Below, one piece after another: positions 1 to 10,421 of a stretch of DNA of 64,000 bases. The position numbers were made by a program, and so were the translations under genes. Numbering within the stretch: the first letter of the stretch is position 1; each line of letters starts with the position of its first letter. The stretch covers positions 9,833 through 73,832 of the forward strand of contig JBKJVX010000255.1 in NCBI GenBank assembly GCA_046717065.1. The letters run 5' to 3'. The stretch comes from Arthrobacter sp. (lineage in GTDB: Bacteria; Actinomycetota; Actinomycetes; Actinomycetales; Micrococcaceae). The notes under the pieces are model-generated. The model was not told where the DNA came from. It ran no database searches and was given only the letters and a program-made list of their open reading frames with translations.

Positions 1-2
1 GG

Positions 3-638
3 GCCCTGGATGAGGCCAGCGAATTTCTGGTGATTGCCGCAACGCTGCTGGACCTCAAAGCTGCCCGGCTCCTTCCTGCGGGGGAAGTTGAAAACGATGA
101 AGATTTCGCACTACTCGAAGCCAGGGACCTGCTCTTCGCGCGGCTGCTCCAGTACAAGGCCTTCAAGCACGTGGCGGGACTGCTCGGCGAATCCCTCCAC
201 CAGGAGGCCATGCGGTTCCCCCGGCAGGTCGCCCTGGAGGAACACTTCGCGGCCATGCTTCCCGAGCTGGTCTGGAAACACAGTCCGGAACAGTTCGCCC
301 GCCTGGCCGAAGCCGCGCTGCAGCCCAAGGCTCCGAAGCAAACAGAAGTAGGACTGGCACACCTGCACGGCGGCAATGTCAGCGTGAAGGAGCAGGCAGA
401 AGCAATGGGCCTGCGGCTTCAGGTTGAATCACCGCTTACCTTCCGGGCCTTGATTGCCGATGCAGAGTCCACCCTGGTAGTGGTTGCACGGTTCCTTGCC
501 CTCCTGGAGCTGTTCCGGGACAAGGCGGTTTCCTTCGACCAGCTGTCGCCGCTGGGGGACCTGGCCGTGCACTGGACTGCCGGGAACGGGGAATGGTCGG
601 CGGAAAACCTAAGCGAAGAATTTGAGGAGCAGCTGTGA
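3..638 (+). CDS. scpA: Segregation and condensation protein A (5'-truncated by window edge)
   Basis: Open frame from base 3 (ALDEASEFLVIAATLLDLKAARLLP); C-terminal winged-helix VVARFLALLELFR...Q..PLGDL; overlaps scpB start. Confidence 0.93.
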   Translation, partial: ALDEASEFLVIAATLLDLKAARLLPAGEVENDEDFALLEARDLLFARLLQYKAFKHVAGLLGESLHQEAMRFPRQVALEEHFAAMLPELVWKHSPEQFARLAEAALQPKAPKQTEVGLAHLHGGNVSVKEQAEAMGLRLQVESPLTFRALIADAESTLVVVARFLALLELFRDKAVSFDQLSPLGDLAVHWTAGNGEWSAENLSEEFEEQL

Positions 639-1297
639 CCGGGCACGCAACAGAAGGTACGAGCGAAGGGGAACCGGAGGTGGCAAACCTTCCGGGTGGG
701 GCCAAAGCCGCCCTTGAAGCGGTGCTGATGGTGATAGACCAACCCGCCACGGAGGAAGAACTGGCTGCCGGACTCGAACTTCCCGTTGATGCGGTCGGCG
801 CCCTGCTAGCAGAACTTCAGCGGGATTATAACGGCTATACTGTTAAAGCCCCGGATATGGATCAAGCCAGTGGAACTGGTTTTGGCTCCAGCCCCCGGGG
901 TTTTGAATTGCGGAAGGTCGCCGGCGGCTGGCGGATCTACTCCCGTACTGAATTTGCCCACATCGTGGGCAAATATGTGCTGGAGGGCCAAACAGCCAGG
1001 CTTACCCAGGCCGCCCTGGAAACGCTCGCGGTCATCGCATACCGCCAGCCGGTCTCCAGGGCCAGGGTTTCCGCAATCAGGGGAGTCAATGTTGACTCTG
1101 TCGTACGGACGCTCGCCCAGCGCGGACTCATCGAGGACTCGGGAACGGATCCGGAGTCCGGCGCGGTCCTCTACCGGACCACCTCATATTTCCTGGAACG
1201 GATGGGAATCAGTTCGGTGGCTGAGCTGCCGCAGCTGTCCCCACACCTCCCGGGGCTGGACGGGATTGCGGAGTTCTACGACGCCGAAGGAATGTAG
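635..1297 (+). CDS. scpB: SMC-Scp complex subunit ScpB
   Basis: ALEAVLM, LTQAALETLAVIAYRQPVSRARVSAIRGVN, LYRTT..FLERMG motifs; follows scpA. Confidence 0.95.
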   Translation: MTGHATEGTSEGEPEVANLPGGAKAALEAVLMVIDQPATEEELAAGLELPVDAVGALLAELQRDYNGYTVKAPDMDQASGTGFGSSPRGFELRKVAGGWRIYSRTEFAHIVGKYVLEGQTARLTQAALETLAVIAYRQPVSRARVSAIRGVNVDSVVRTLAQRGLIEDSGTDPESGAVLYRTTSYFLERMGISSVAELPQLSPHLPGLDGIAEFYDAEGM

Positions 1298-1410
1298 CCA
1301 GGGCACCGCCCTGGCGGCACGCAAGAGTACTTATAAGGGCAGATTATTTCTGCACGGCTGGTTAAGGTTGTCCTTGGACACCTTTCCGGTCACATATCGA
1401 AGGACGGGTC

Positions 1411-2619
1411 ATGACACAGGCGGGACGCCAGGGTTCACCACGTAAAGGTTCGGGACGTGACGGTACCGAACGCAACACATCACAGCGCAGCACCTCACAG
1501 GGTGGCGCTTCCGGCGGCGGGTTCCGCGGCGGGGCCGCCAAGCGCGGCGGCGGGTTCGGCAGCGACCGCCCGCACCGCGCACCCAAGCCGCGCGAGGAGC
1601 GGTTCATCGATCCGGACCAGGCACCGGCCGGTGGCCAGGGAGGCCGCGGAGCAACGGAACCCAAATCTGCAAAGCCTTCCTCCCGGAAGCCTGCAGTACG
1701 CAAGCCGGGTGCCAAGAAGGCACCGGGAACGCCGGGCGCGCTGAAGCCAAAACCACGGACCGGCGCCCCGGGCGCGGCAGCTTCCCGTGCTTTCGGCAGC
1801 GAACGTTTCGGCCAGAACCTGGGTCCGGTACGCCGGCCAAGCCGGAAGAAAGGCCCTCGCGGCGAAGTTCCCCAGTCGGAACTCCACGATGCCGACGGCG
1901 TGCGCCTGCAGAAGGTCATGGCCTCCGCGGGTGTAGCGTCACGCCGCGTCTGCGAGGAGATGATTGCCGAGGGCCGCGTGGAAGTGGACGGCCAGGTAGT
2001 CACCGAGCTCGGCGTCCGCGTCGATCCCAAGACTGCCGTCATCCACGTTGACGGACTGCGGATCCAGTTGGACGAGAACCTTCTGTACATGGTGTTCAAC
2101 AAGCCCAAGGGCGTCGTCTCCACCATGGAGGACCCCGAGGGCCGCCCGTGCATCAGTGACTTCCTTCGCCACCAGCACGGCGAACGACTGTTCCACGTGG
2201 GCCGGCTCGACGTCGCCACCGAGGGGCTGCTGCTGCTGACGAACGACGGCGAACTTGCCAACCGCCTGACGCACCCCTCCTACGAGGTGCCCAAGACCTA
2301 CCTGGTCCAGGTCCGGGGCCCCTTCCCGCAGGGAATCGGCGCCCAGCTCAAGGAAGGCGTGGAACTGGAGGACGGCTTTGCCTCGGTGGATTCCTTCCGC
2401 CTCGTTGACTCCACTCCCGGCCACGTCCTGATCGAGGTAGTGCTGCACTCGGGCAAGAACCGCATCGTCCGCCGGCTGTTCGACGCCGTCGGATTCCCGG
2501 TCTTGCGGCTTGTCCGCGTCAAGGTGGGCCCCATCGGTTTGGGCGACCAGCGCCAGGGAAGCATCCGCAACCTCGGCAAGCAGGAAGTCGGCCATCTGCT
2601 GGCATCCGTAGGGCTCTGA
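1411..2619 (+). CDS. rluB: 23S rRNA pseudouridine synthase (RluB/RsuA family) with long basic disordered N-terminus
   Basis: S4 domain RLQKVMASAGVASRR, NKPKGVVST, catalytic GRLD; conserved position after scpB. Confidence 0.88.
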   Translation: MTQAGRQGSPRKGSGRDGTERNTSQRSTSQGGASGGGFRGGAAKRGGGFGSDRPHRAPKPREERFIDPDQAPAGGQGGRGATEPKSAKPSSRKPAVRKPGAKKAPGTPGALKPKPRTGAPGAAASRAFGSERFGQNLGPVRRPSRKKGPRGEVPQSELHDADGVRLQKVMASAGVASRRVCEEMIAEGRVEVDGQVVTELGVRVDPKTAVIHVDGLRIQLDENLLYMVFNKPKGVVSTMEDPEGRPCISDFLRHQHGERLFHVGRLDVATEGLLLLTNDGELANRLTHPSYEVPKTYLVQVRGPFPQGIGAQLKEGVELEDGFASVDSFRLVDSTPGHVLIEVVLHSGKNRIVRRLFDAVGFPVLRLVRVKVGPIGLGDQRQGSIRNLGKQEVGHLLASVGL

Positions 2620-2622
2620 GGC

Positions 2623-3732
2623 ATGTCCGCTTTCCACAGCCAGGGCCGCGGGCACCTGGACGGACCCGTGGTGGTCATCGGCACGGGGCTGCTGGGCACC
2701 AGCATCGGGCTGGGCCTGCGCGGCCGCGGCGTTCCGGTTTACCTGTCCGACCCTTCGCCCACCAACCAGGCGGTTGCGGTGGATATCGGTGCAGGCCAAC
2801 CCCTGGCCGGGCTTGCGGGTGGTGCGCCGCAGCTGGTGGTTGTCGCTGCCCCGCCGGATGTCACGGCCGATGCTGTGGCAAAGGCGCTGGCTGACTACCC
2901 GGATTCCGTGGTGGTGGACATCGCAAGTGTCAAGGCGGAGATCCTCTCGGCGCTGCGCAGCCGCGGCGTGGACCTCTCCCGCTATGTGGGCACACACCCT
3001 ATGGCCGGACGGGAAAAGTCCGGGCCGGTCGCAGCCCGCGGGGAGCTCTTCACCTCGATGCCCTGGGTGGTGTGCCCGTCGGAGGAAACCTCCGGCGCAG
3101 CCCTCCAGACGGCCCGCTCACTGGCCACTGACCTGGGGGCGGTTGTTTCCCAGTTCACCGCGGACGAACACGACGAAGCCGTGGCCCTGGTATCGCACCT
3201 GCCGCAGGTCATGTCATCGCTCATGGCCAGCCGGCTGCAGGGAACGCCGCTGCACGCGTTGTCCCTCGCGGGCAACGGACTGCGCGACGTCACCCGGATC
3301 GCTGCCAGTGATCCATCCCTGTGGGTGCAGATCCTGGGCGGCAATGCAGCCAAGGTGGTGCAGATCCTTTACGGCGTGCGGGAGGACCTCAATCGGCTGA
3401 TCGGCACACTGGAGGAGCCCACCGCACCGGGCGCCCGGCTTGACCTCGCACAGCTGATGAGTGAAGGCAACGCCGGCCAGGCCAGGATTCCGGGCAAGCA
3501 TGGCGGTCCTCCCCAGGCGTATTCGTGGCTTACCGTCCTGGTGGACGACCAGCCGGGCCAGATTGCCCGGCTCCTTACGGAAATCGGGGAGATTGGCGTG
3601 AACCTGGAGGACCTGCGCCTGGACCACTCGTCGGGCCAGAACGTGGGTATGGTGGAAATCTCCGTGTTGCCGAATAAGCATGACCACCTGATCGAAGCAC
3701 TTAACGACCGCGGATGGCGGGTACTCCAGTAA
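2623..3732 (+). CDS. tyrA: Prephenate dehydrogenase with C-terminal ACT domain
   Basis: GTGLLG Rossmann motif, HPMAGRE, HD..VALVSHLPQ, RDVTRIA, ACT VDDQPGQIA. Confidence 0.92.
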   Translation: MSAFHSQGRGHLDGPVVVIGTGLLGTSIGLGLRGRGVPVYLSDPSPTNQAVAVDIGAGQPLAGLAGGAPQLVVVAAPPDVTADAVAKALADYPDSVVVDIASVKAEILSALRSRGVDLSRYVGTHPMAGREKSGPVAARGELFTSMPWVVCPSEETSGAALQTARSLATDLGAVVSQFTADEHDEAVALVSHLPQVMSSLMASRLQGTPLHALSLAGNGLRDVTRIAASDPSLWVQILGGNAAKVVQILYGVREDLNRLIGTLEEPTAPGARLDLAQLMSEGNAGQARIPGKHGGPPQAYSWLTVLVDDQPGQIARLLTEIGEIGVNLEDLRLDHSSGQNVGMVEISVLPNKHDHLIEALNDRGWRVLQ

Positions 3733-4445
3733 TGACACAAGAACTTCTTGACACCCTGCCCGCGCTCCGGATCGGCCGGCCGCTGGTGGTGGCCATCGAC
3801 GGGCCGTCGGGCTCCGGAAAGTCCAGTGTCAGCAAGGAAGTGGCCCGCAGGCTCCGGCTCGCCTATTTGGACACCGGTGCCATGTACCGGGCACTGACCT
3901 GGTTCTGCGTCACCAAAGGCATCGACCTGGAGGACAGTGCGTCTGTGGAGCAGGCGTCCAGGGACCTGGTCCTGGACCTGAGTACAAGCCCTCAGGTGGA
4001 GTACGTCCGGGTGGACGGGATCGACGTCACCGACGCAATCCGTGAGCCTGCCATCTCCTCAGCTGTCAGTTCCGTGGCCACCACCCTGGGAGCCAGGACA
4101 GAGCTCATCCGGCGCCAGCGGGAACTGATCGAAAAGCACCACCGCCGGATGGTGGTGGAAGGCAGGGACATCACCACCGTCGTCGCGCCCGGGGCTGAAG
4201 TGCGGATGCTGCTCACGGCCAGCGAGGAAGCCCGGCTGCGCCGGCGCGGAATTCAGCTCGGCGGCACCCAGGATGCCGAGCAGCTGGCGGCTCAGGTGAC
4301 CCACCGCGACGCCAAAGACTCCACGGTGGTCAACTTCACGCAGGCTGCTTCCGGCGTGGTCACCCTGGATTCCTCGGACCTGGACTTCGACCAGACGGTT
4401 GCTGCGGCCCTGGTGATTGTGACCAAGGTCCTGAACCGTGACTGA
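3732..4445 (+). CDS. cmk: Cytidylate kinase
   Basis: AIDGPSGSGKSS, YLDTGAMYRA, EGRDITTVV; ATG overlaps tyrA stop (TAATG). Confidence 0.95.
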   Translation: MTQELLDTLPALRIGRPLVVAIDGPSGSGKSSVSKEVARRLRLAYLDTGAMYRALTWFCVTKGIDLEDSASVEQASRDLVLDLSTSPQVEYVRVDGIDVTDAIREPAISSAVSSVATTLGARTELIRRQRELIEKHHRRMVVEGRDITTVVAPGAEVRMLLTASEEARLRRRGIQLGGTQDAEQLAAQVTHRDAKDSTVVNFTQAASGVVTLDSSDLDFDQTVAAALVIVTKVLNRD

Positions 4446-5172
4446 GCCCATCGTCGGAAAGTCCAGGCCGGAGATCCCGTCCGGTTGGACCATGGCCTGG
4501 AGCAGGCCTGTTGGCTGGGCCCTCGACCACCTGGTGTACCGGACGTCCGTCACGGGCCGGGACAACGTTCCCACCGGCGGGCCGGTGATTTTTGCCGGCA
4601 ACCACATCAGCTTCCTGGACGGGCCGGTAATGTTCGGCGCGTCGCCGCGCCCCATGCACATCCTGGTGAAACAGGAGATGTTCAAAGGCTTCCTGGGCCG
4701 GGTGCTGACGGCGTCCGGGCAGCTGCCTGTTGACCGCACGGGGGACCGTGCTGCGCTGCAACGCTGCAAGGAAGTGCTCGACGCCGGACGTTGCGTCGGG
4801 ATTCTTCCCGAAGGCACGCGGGGGAGCGGGGCAGCGGCTGACATCAACGGCGGCGTGGCGTGGCTCGCGCTGAACTCCGGCGCTCCGGTGGTGCCCGTCG
4901 CGATTCTGGGCACGCGCAAGGGCAACGAGCACCTCGATTCGGTGCCGCGGCCCGGCAGGCGTTTCCACGTCAGCTTCGGTAATGCGCTGGCGCTGGGCCG
5001 CAGGGCCGGGGAAAGCGGGCGTGCTTCAATGGACAGGGCGGCGCTGGAGATCCGGGCCGCACTGTCAGGGCACGTGCAGGATTCCATCCAGCTCACGGGG
5101 CAGCCCTTGCCGGCGGCAGATTTTTCCAAAGACTTCACAGCAGTAGCCGGGACGCCGGCAGATGACCACTAA
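4438..5172 (+). CDS. Lysophospholipid/1-acyl-sn-glycerol-3-phosphate acyltransferase family protein
   Basis: NHISFLDG (HX4D) and PEGTR motifs; lies between cmk and der. Confidence 0.88.
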   Translation: MTEPIVGKSRPEIPSGWTMAWSRPVGWALDHLVYRTSVTGRDNVPTGGPVIFAGNHISFLDGPVMFGASPRPMHILVKQEMFKGFLGRVLTASGQLPVDRTGDRAALQRCKEVLDAGRCVGILPEGTRGSGAAADINGGVAWLALNSGAPVVPVAILGTRKGNEHLDSVPRPGRRFHVSFGNALALGRRAGESGRASMDRAALEIRAALSGHVQDSIQLTGQPLPAADFSKDFTAVAGTPADDH

Positions 5173-5182
5173 GGACAATGCA

Positions 5183-6733
5183 ATGAGCGATACAACCCAG
5201 ACTTCCGGCCACTCCGGCCCCGGCGATGACGAATACACCCCCTCCGGCTCCGACCAGGTGGCCGAGCGGCTGGCGGCGATAGACGACGACGAAGCCGAAC
5301 TCCGTGCTGCGTCACTCCGGGCCGGCCTGGAGGACTACGAGCTTGACGAGGACGACGCCGCGCTGCTCAGCGGTGAATACGACGATGAGGACTATGACGG
5401 TCCGGTCAAGCTCGATCCGGTCCTGGCCATTATCGGACGTCCCAACGTGGGCAAGTCCACCCTGGTCAACCGAATCCTTGGCCGCCGCGAAGCAGTGGTG
5501 GAAGACACCCCTGGCGTCACCCGTGACCGCGTGATGTACTCCGCCAACTGGAACGGGCGCAACTTCACCCTCGTGGACACCGGCGGCTGGGAACACGACG
5601 CCCGCGGCATCCACGCCCGCGTGGCCGAGCAGGCCGAGATGGCCGTGGAACTCGCGGACGCAGTCCTCTTCGTGGTGGACTCCGCTGTCGGTGCCACCGC
5701 CACCGACGAGGGCGTCATGAAGATGCTGCGCCGCAGCAAGAAGCCCGTCATCATGGTGGCCAACAAGGTGGATGACTTCGCCCAGGAGGCCGACTCCGCT
5801 GCGCTGTGGGGACTCGGCTTCGGCGAGCCCTACCCAGTTTCCGCGCTGCACGGCCGGGGCGTGGCCGACCTGCTTGACCACGTAATGGACACCCTTCCCG
5901 AGTTCTCCACCATCGAAGGACTGGAACGTTCCGGCGGCCCCCGCCGCATCGCACTGATCGGGCGCCCCAACGTGGGCAAGTCGTCCCTGCTGAACAAGCT
6001 GGCCGGTACCGAGCGCGTGGTGGTGGACAACACTGCCGGCACTACCCGCGACCCGGTGGATGAATTTATTGAACTCGGCGGACGCACCTGGCGGTTCGTG
6101 GACACAGCGGGCATCCGCCGCCGCCAGCACATGGCCCAGGGCGCGGACTACTACGCCTCCCTGCGGACCCAGGCCGCGCTCGAGAAGGCGGAGGTCGCCG
6201 TCGTGCTCCTCGCCGTGGACGAGGTCCTCAGCGAGCAGGATGTCCGGATACTGCAACTCGCCATTGAGTCAGGCCGCGCCCTGGTGCTGGCGTTCAATAA
6301 GTGGGACCTGCTCGACGACGAACGCCGGCGCTACCTCGAGCGCGAGATTGAACAGGACCTCGCCCACGTGGAGTGGGCGCCCCGCGTCAACATTTCGGCC
6401 AAGACCGGGTGGCACAAGGACCGCCTGGTTCCGGCCCTGGACCTGGCACTGGAAAACTGGGACAAGCGCATTGCCACCGGCCGCCTGAACGCCTTCCTCG
6501 GCGAGCTCGTGGCCGCACACCCGCACCCCGTCCGCGGCGGCAAGCAGCCACGCATCCTCTTCGGCACCCAGGCCTCGAGCAGGCCGCCGAAGTTCGTGCT
6601 GTTCACCACCGGATTCCTGGACCCCGGTTACCGCCGTTTTATCACCCGCCGGCTGCGGGAAACCTTTGGCTTCGAGGGCACCCCCATCGAGGTCAACATG
6701 CGTGTCCGGGAAAAGCGCGGCAAGAAGCGCTAA
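5183..6733 (+). CDS. der: Ribosome biogenesis double GTPase Der (EngA)
   Basis: Two G domains ([24 protein letters not shown]) plus KH-like tail; start placed at ATG after AAGGA. Confidence 0.96.
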   Translation: MSDTTQTSGHSGPGDDEYTPSGSDQVAERLAAIDDDEAELRAASLRAGLEDYELDEDDAALLSGEYDDEDYDGPVKLDPVLAIIGRPNVGKSTLVNRILGRREAVVEDTPGVTRDRVMYSANWNGRNFTLVDTGGWEHDARGIHARVAEQAEMAVELADAVLFVVDSAVGATATDEGVMKMLRRSKKPVIMVANKVDDFAQEADSAALWGLGFGEPYPVSALHGRGVADLLDHVMDTLPEFSTIEGLERSGGPRRIALIGRPNVGKSSLLNKLAGTERVVVDNTAGTTRDPVDEFIELGGRTWRFVDTAGIRRRQHMAQGADYYASLRTQAALEKAEVAVVLLAVDEVLSEQDVRILQLAIESGRALVLAFNKWDLLDDERRRYLEREIEQDLAHVEWAPRVNISAKTGWHKDRLVPALDLALENWDKRIATGRLNAFLGELVAAHPHPVRGGKQPRILFGTQASSRPPKFVLFTTGFLDPGYRRFITRRLRETFGFEGTPIEVNMRVREKRGKKR

Positions 6734-6890
6734 GCGTCGTGATCTCCGCGACACACGGAGCTGCGAAAGCCGAAAAGTGTCACTTGCACCCTCCGGAATC
6801 GTGTAAGCTCTTCTAGGTGGTTCGGCCGGACTGCTGGTGGAAATTCCCGGGTGATTGGGGATGAAGCACAGCGGAGAACGGCGGAACTAA

Positions 6891-6967
<77 letters not shown>

Positions 6968-6973
6968 TAAAGG

Positions 6974-7010
6974 ACCGGAACCACGCGGAAACGCGTGGTT
7001 CCGGTTTTTT
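6974..7010 (+). terminator. Intrinsic terminator after tRNA-Pro (likely bidirectional with convergent Fpg/Nei gene)
   Basis: Perfect 14-bp stem ACCGGAACCACGCG-GAAA-CGCGTGGTTCCGGT followed by T run. Confidence 0.88.
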
Positions 7011-7034
7011 GTTTTCGGCACACATAGTGTTGCC

Positions 7035-7904
7035 CTACTTTAGGAATTTGGACGTCCTGCGGTCGGCCAGGATCTTGCCTTTCGTCTGGCAGGTGGGGCA
7101 GTACTGAAGTGCAGTGTCAGCAAAAGATACTTCGCGCACGATGTCCCCGCACACTGGGCACGGCTCACCGGTCCGGGCATGGACGCGCATGTGGCTGCGC
7201 TTGACGTCTTTCAGGTCCTTGGGCGGCTTGCCGCTTGCCCCGGCCAGTGCGGTGCCCAGCACGCCGTGGATGCAGTCGTAGAGCACCTGCACCGTTGCCT
7301 GGTCCAGAGACTTCGCAGCGGCGAACGGTGAAATCCGGGCGGCGTGCAGGATCTCGTCACTGTACGCGTTGCCAATGCCGGCGATCACGCTCTGGCTCCT
7401 CAGGAGCCCCTTGATCTGCTGCGAACTTCCGGCGAGGATCTCCGCCAACGTTTCGACGTCGAACGTATCGCTGAACGGGTCCGGCCCCAGGGTAGCGATG
7501 CCCGGCACGTCCTGGGGATCCCGCACCACGTAGACGGCCAGGCTTTTCTTGGTACCGGCCTCGGTGAGGTCGACGCCCCGCGGTCCATCCGGGCCGGTAA
7601 AGGCAAAGCGCGCCGCGATGTGGCCCTTGCCCATCCGCAGCTGCGCATCGGTGGGAGAGTCCGTGAAGCGCACCCAGCCCGCCCTGGCCAGATGGAACAC
7701 CAGCGAGATCCCGCCGGTGTCGATGGTGACGAACTTGCCGAAGCGCCGCACTCCGGCCACGGTCCGGCCCTCCAGGGCATTGAATGGCGGATCAGCCGTC
7801 TTAAGCACGGCAAAGGAAGCGATCTGCACCTTGGTTACCGAAGTTCCCCGCAGGTGCTCATCAAGAAATTCAGCCAGGCCGGCCACCTCCGGAAGTTCCG
7901 GCAT
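7035..7904 (-). CDS. Fpg/Nei family DNA glycosylase/AP lyase
   Basis: N-terminal MPELPEV, H2TH GIGNAYSDEIL, C-terminal zinc finger CPVC...CPTCQ. Confidence 0.92.
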   Translation of the reverse strand: MPELPEVAGLAEFLDEHLRGTSVTKVQIASFAVLKTADPPFNALEGRTVAGVRRFGKFVTIDTGGISLVFHLARAGWVRFTDSPTDAQLRMGKGHIAARFAFTGPDGPRGVDLTEAGTKKSLAVYVVRDPQDVPGIATLGPDPFSDTFDVETLAEILAGSSQQIKGLLRSQSVIAGIGNAYSDEILHAARISPFAAAKSLDQATVQVLYDCIHGVLGTALAGASGKPPKDLKDVKRSHMRVHARTGEPCPVCGDIVREVSFADTALQYCPTCQTKGKILADRRTSKFLK

Positions 7905-8067
7905 GGCTTACCCAGCCGCTTCCCGCAGTACTGGAAGGGTGCGTGCGCTCATGGGTCCCATCTTGTCAGAATCCCCGCCGAACGCCCCGGCAGTTGTGCC
8001 TATACTTTCAGCGGCGGCCTGTTTGGGCCCCGTTGACATTGGTGTTCGACCCCATGAAAGGCCCCTG

Positions 8068-8454
8068 ATGAGCAACATTCCCGAAGACCTGTCCTATACC
8101 GCCGAACATGAGTGGGTTTCTGCTCCCAGTGCCGACGGTGTGGTGCGGGTGGGCATCACCGACTTCGCCCAGGACGCCCTCGGCGATGTCGTTTACGCCC
8201 AGATGCCGGAAGTGGGCACCAAGATTACGGCGAACGAGGTTGTCGGCGAGGTTGAATCCACCAAAAGCGTCAGCGACATCTACGCGCCGGTCACCGGTGA
8301 GGTAGTGGCGCGCAATGAGTCCCTCGACACGGACTCGGCGCTGATCAACACCGATCCCTATGGGGACGGCTGGCTCATCGAAGTCAAACTTGCTGAAGCC
8401 GACGCTGTTGAGTCGTTGCTCAGTGCATCCGAGTACGAACAACAGGTAGGCTAA
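8068..8454 (+). CDS. gcvH: Glycine cleavage system H protein (lipoyl carrier)
   Basis: YTAEHEW, VGITDFAQDALGDVV, lipoyl motif VESTKSVSDIY, DPYGDGW; ATG 8068 after GAAAGG. Confidence 0.95.
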   Translation: MSNIPEDLSYTAEHEWVSAPSADGVVRVGITDFAQDALGDVVYAQMPEVGTKITANEVVGEVESTKSVSDIYAPVTGEVVARNESLDTDSALINTDPYGDGWLIEVKLAEADAVESLLSASEYEQQVG

Positions 8455-8607
8455 AAGCTATCCGGTAAATCCGGTTCGGCCAGCGGTGCAGACGCCACGT
8501 CTTCGCACGTCAGGCCGGATCGGGAGCCGGTGCCGGACCTGCGAAGCAGGCCCGGCCGGCAAATGTTAATTGCAGGCGTCAAAGCTGCAGCGGAAGAGGA
8601 GGAATCC

Positions 8608-9084
8608 ATGGCTGGCCACACACACAACCCTGCCGATGGGGAATACGGCAATGGTGCGGCCAGGGCGTCGGAGACCACCTCGATCCACCTCACCCCGGTG
8701 CGGGATGAACCCACTATCGCCCCCAAGCTCTCATCCGAAGAACGCAATTCCGTCGAGGCACTGCCAGCCGGGTCTGCACTCCTCGTTGCGCACAGCGGCC
8801 CGAACGCCGGTGCCCGGTTCCTGCTGGACTCCGACGTCACCACCGCCGGCCGCCACCCCGACGCCGACATCTTCCTGGACGACGTCACGGTCTCCCGCCG
8901 GCACGTCGAATTCCGGCGCACCGCCCGGAGCTTCGAGGTAGTGGACAAGAACAGCCTGAACGGCACTTACGTCAACCACGACCGCGTTGACAGCGTCGAG
9001 CTCAAGTCCGGCAGTGAAGTCCAGATCGGCAAGTTCCGCCTTACCTTCTACCTGAGCCCTGCCAGCGCTGCAGGCCGCGGCTGA
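8608..9084 (+). CDS. garA: FHA-domain protein GarA/OdhI (2-oxoglutarate dehydrogenase inhibitor)
   Basis: ETTS phosphorylation motif, FHA GRHPDADIFLDDVTVSRRH...SLNGTYVN; SD GAGGAGG before ATG 8608. Confidence 0.9.
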   Translation: MAGHTHNPADGEYGNGAARASETTSIHLTPVRDEPTIAPKLSSEERNSVEALPAGSALLVAHSGPNAGARFLLDSDVTTAGRHPDADIFLDDVTVSRRHVEFRRTARSFEVVDKNSLNGTYVNHDRVDSVELKSGSEVQIGKFRLTFYLSPASAAGRG

Positions 9085-9101
9085 TCCGGGGACCGCTGCC
9101 T

Positions 9102-9824
9102 GTGGCAATGGCACAACCGGAACGCCGGGGACCGCAGGTCCTGAACATCGGGGAAGTCCTCGCCCAGCTCAGCGGCGACTTCCCTGGCATGACAGCGTCA
9201 AAAATCAGGTTCCTCGAGGAAAAAGGGTTGATCAATCCCCGCCGCACCCCGGCGGGCTACCGGCAGTATTCCGACGGCGACGTGGAGCGGCTGCGTTTTG
9301 TCCTGGCTTTGCAGCGGGACCAGTACCTTCCCCTGAAGGTCATCAAGGACTACCTGGACGCCATCGACAGGGGAGAGCGCCCCGAAAACCTGCCGCCAGG
9401 CGTTGTGGTGTCCCCGCGGATTGTCTCGGACGAACTGGCCGCGGAACTGCAGAGCCGGGGGCGGAAGCTCACCGAGGAGCAGCTGCGCACGGAGTCCGGG
9501 GCCAGCGTGCCCCTGCTCCAGGCCCTCCTGAGTTTCGGCCTCATCAGCCACTCCAACGGGCAGTTTGATGAACACGCCCTGCAGGTCGCCAGGGCCTGCG
9601 TGCAGCTGGAAAGCCACGGGCTCGAACCCCGCCACCTCCGGCCCTTCCAGGCAGCTGCTGAAAGGGAGTTCGGACTCGTGGAACGAGCCGTGGCGCCACT
9701 TGCTTCCCGCAAGGACGCCGCCTCCCAGGCGCGGGCGGCGGAGGCTGCCCGCGAAATCAGCGACCTCTGCCTCACCCTGCACCGGGCTCTGGTGCAGGAC
9801 CACATCTCACGCATGGACATCTGA
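9102..9824 (+). CDS. ftsR: MerR-family regulator, Rv1828/FtsR-like
   Basis: MerR HTH (LNIGEVL...SKIRFLEEKGLINPRRTPAGYRQY); synteny garA-merR-nuclease-merR. Confidence 0.75.
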   Translation: MAMAQPERRGPQVLNIGEVLAQLSGDFPGMTASKIRFLEEKGLINPRRTPAGYRQYSDGDVERLRFVLALQRDQYLPLKVIKDYLDAIDRGERPENLPPGVVVSPRIVSDELAAELQSRGRKLTEEQLRTESGASVPLLQALLSFGLISHSNGQFDEHALQVARACVQLESHGLEPRHLRPFQAAAEREFGLVERAVAPLASRKDAASQARAAEAAREISDLCLTLHRALVQDHISRMDI

Positions 9825-10327
9825 TGATTGAAGTCGAGATCGTAGGCGTTCGGATCGAACTGCCTTCCAACCAGCCACTGGTCCTCCTGCGGGAGATGCA
9901 TGGGGAACGCCACGTGCCCATCTGGATCGGCACCCCTGAAGCAAGCGCCATCGCCCTTGCCCAGCAGGGTGTGGTTCCGCCGCGGCCCATGACGCACGAC
10001 CTGCTGGTGGACGTGGTGGAGTCGCTGGGCCACTCCGTGGTCAGCGTGAACATCGTGGCGGTGGAGGACAACATTTTCTACGGCCAGCTTCAGTTCGAAA
10101 ACGGCACTACGGTCAGTTCGCGCGCCTCCGATGCCCTCGCCGTTGCCCTTCGGGCCAAGTGCCGGATCTGGTGCGCGGATTCCGTGATGGACGAAGCCGG
10201 CGTACGGATCACGGAGCACGATGAGGGCGAGGACACGGAGCCTGGTCCCACCGTCGACGAAGAGCGCGAACTGCGCCGGTTCCGGGAGTTCCTGGACGAC
10301 GTGGAACCCGAGGATTTCGACGGCTAA
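9824..10327 (+). CDS. Bifunctional nuclease family (DUF151) protein, Rv1829-like
   Basis: PIWIGTPEASAIA, PRPMTHDLL, SRASDALAVA; acidic tail; overlaps upstream stop. Confidence 0.88.
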   Translation: MIEVEIVGVRIELPSNQPLVLLREMHGERHVPIWIGTPEASAIALAQQGVVPPRPMTHDLLVDVVESLGHSVVSVNIVAVEDNIFYGQLQFENGTTVSSRASDALAVALRAKCRIWCADSVMDEAGVRITEHDEGEDTEPGPTVDEERELRRFREFLDDVEPEDFDG

Positions 10328-10392
10328 GGTCACGTTAAGGTTAAAGTTAAGGATGAAAGTTTCGACACGCCTCTTCGAAGGACCCAACGTCT

Positions 10393-10421
10393 TTGACCTT
10401 GGCTCCTCGCGGGCCTAACGT
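10393..10421 (+). promoter_or_regulatory. Sigma-A-type promoter of the second MerR gene
   Basis: TTGACC-17 bp-TAACGT. Confidence 0.65.

Noticed and set aside
821-848. dif-like 28-mer inside the scpB insertion (CGGGATTATAA-CGGCTA-TACTGTTAAAG), also containing TATACT
   Set aside because: XerD arm lacks the TTATG core and the sequence is explained by coding YNGYTVK; insufficient for a dif site or an internal promoter.
1360-1370. GGTTAAGGTTG upstream of rluB, identical to part of the ftsZ motif
   Set aside because: Left half of the dyad is absent; most simply a TAAGGT -10 element.
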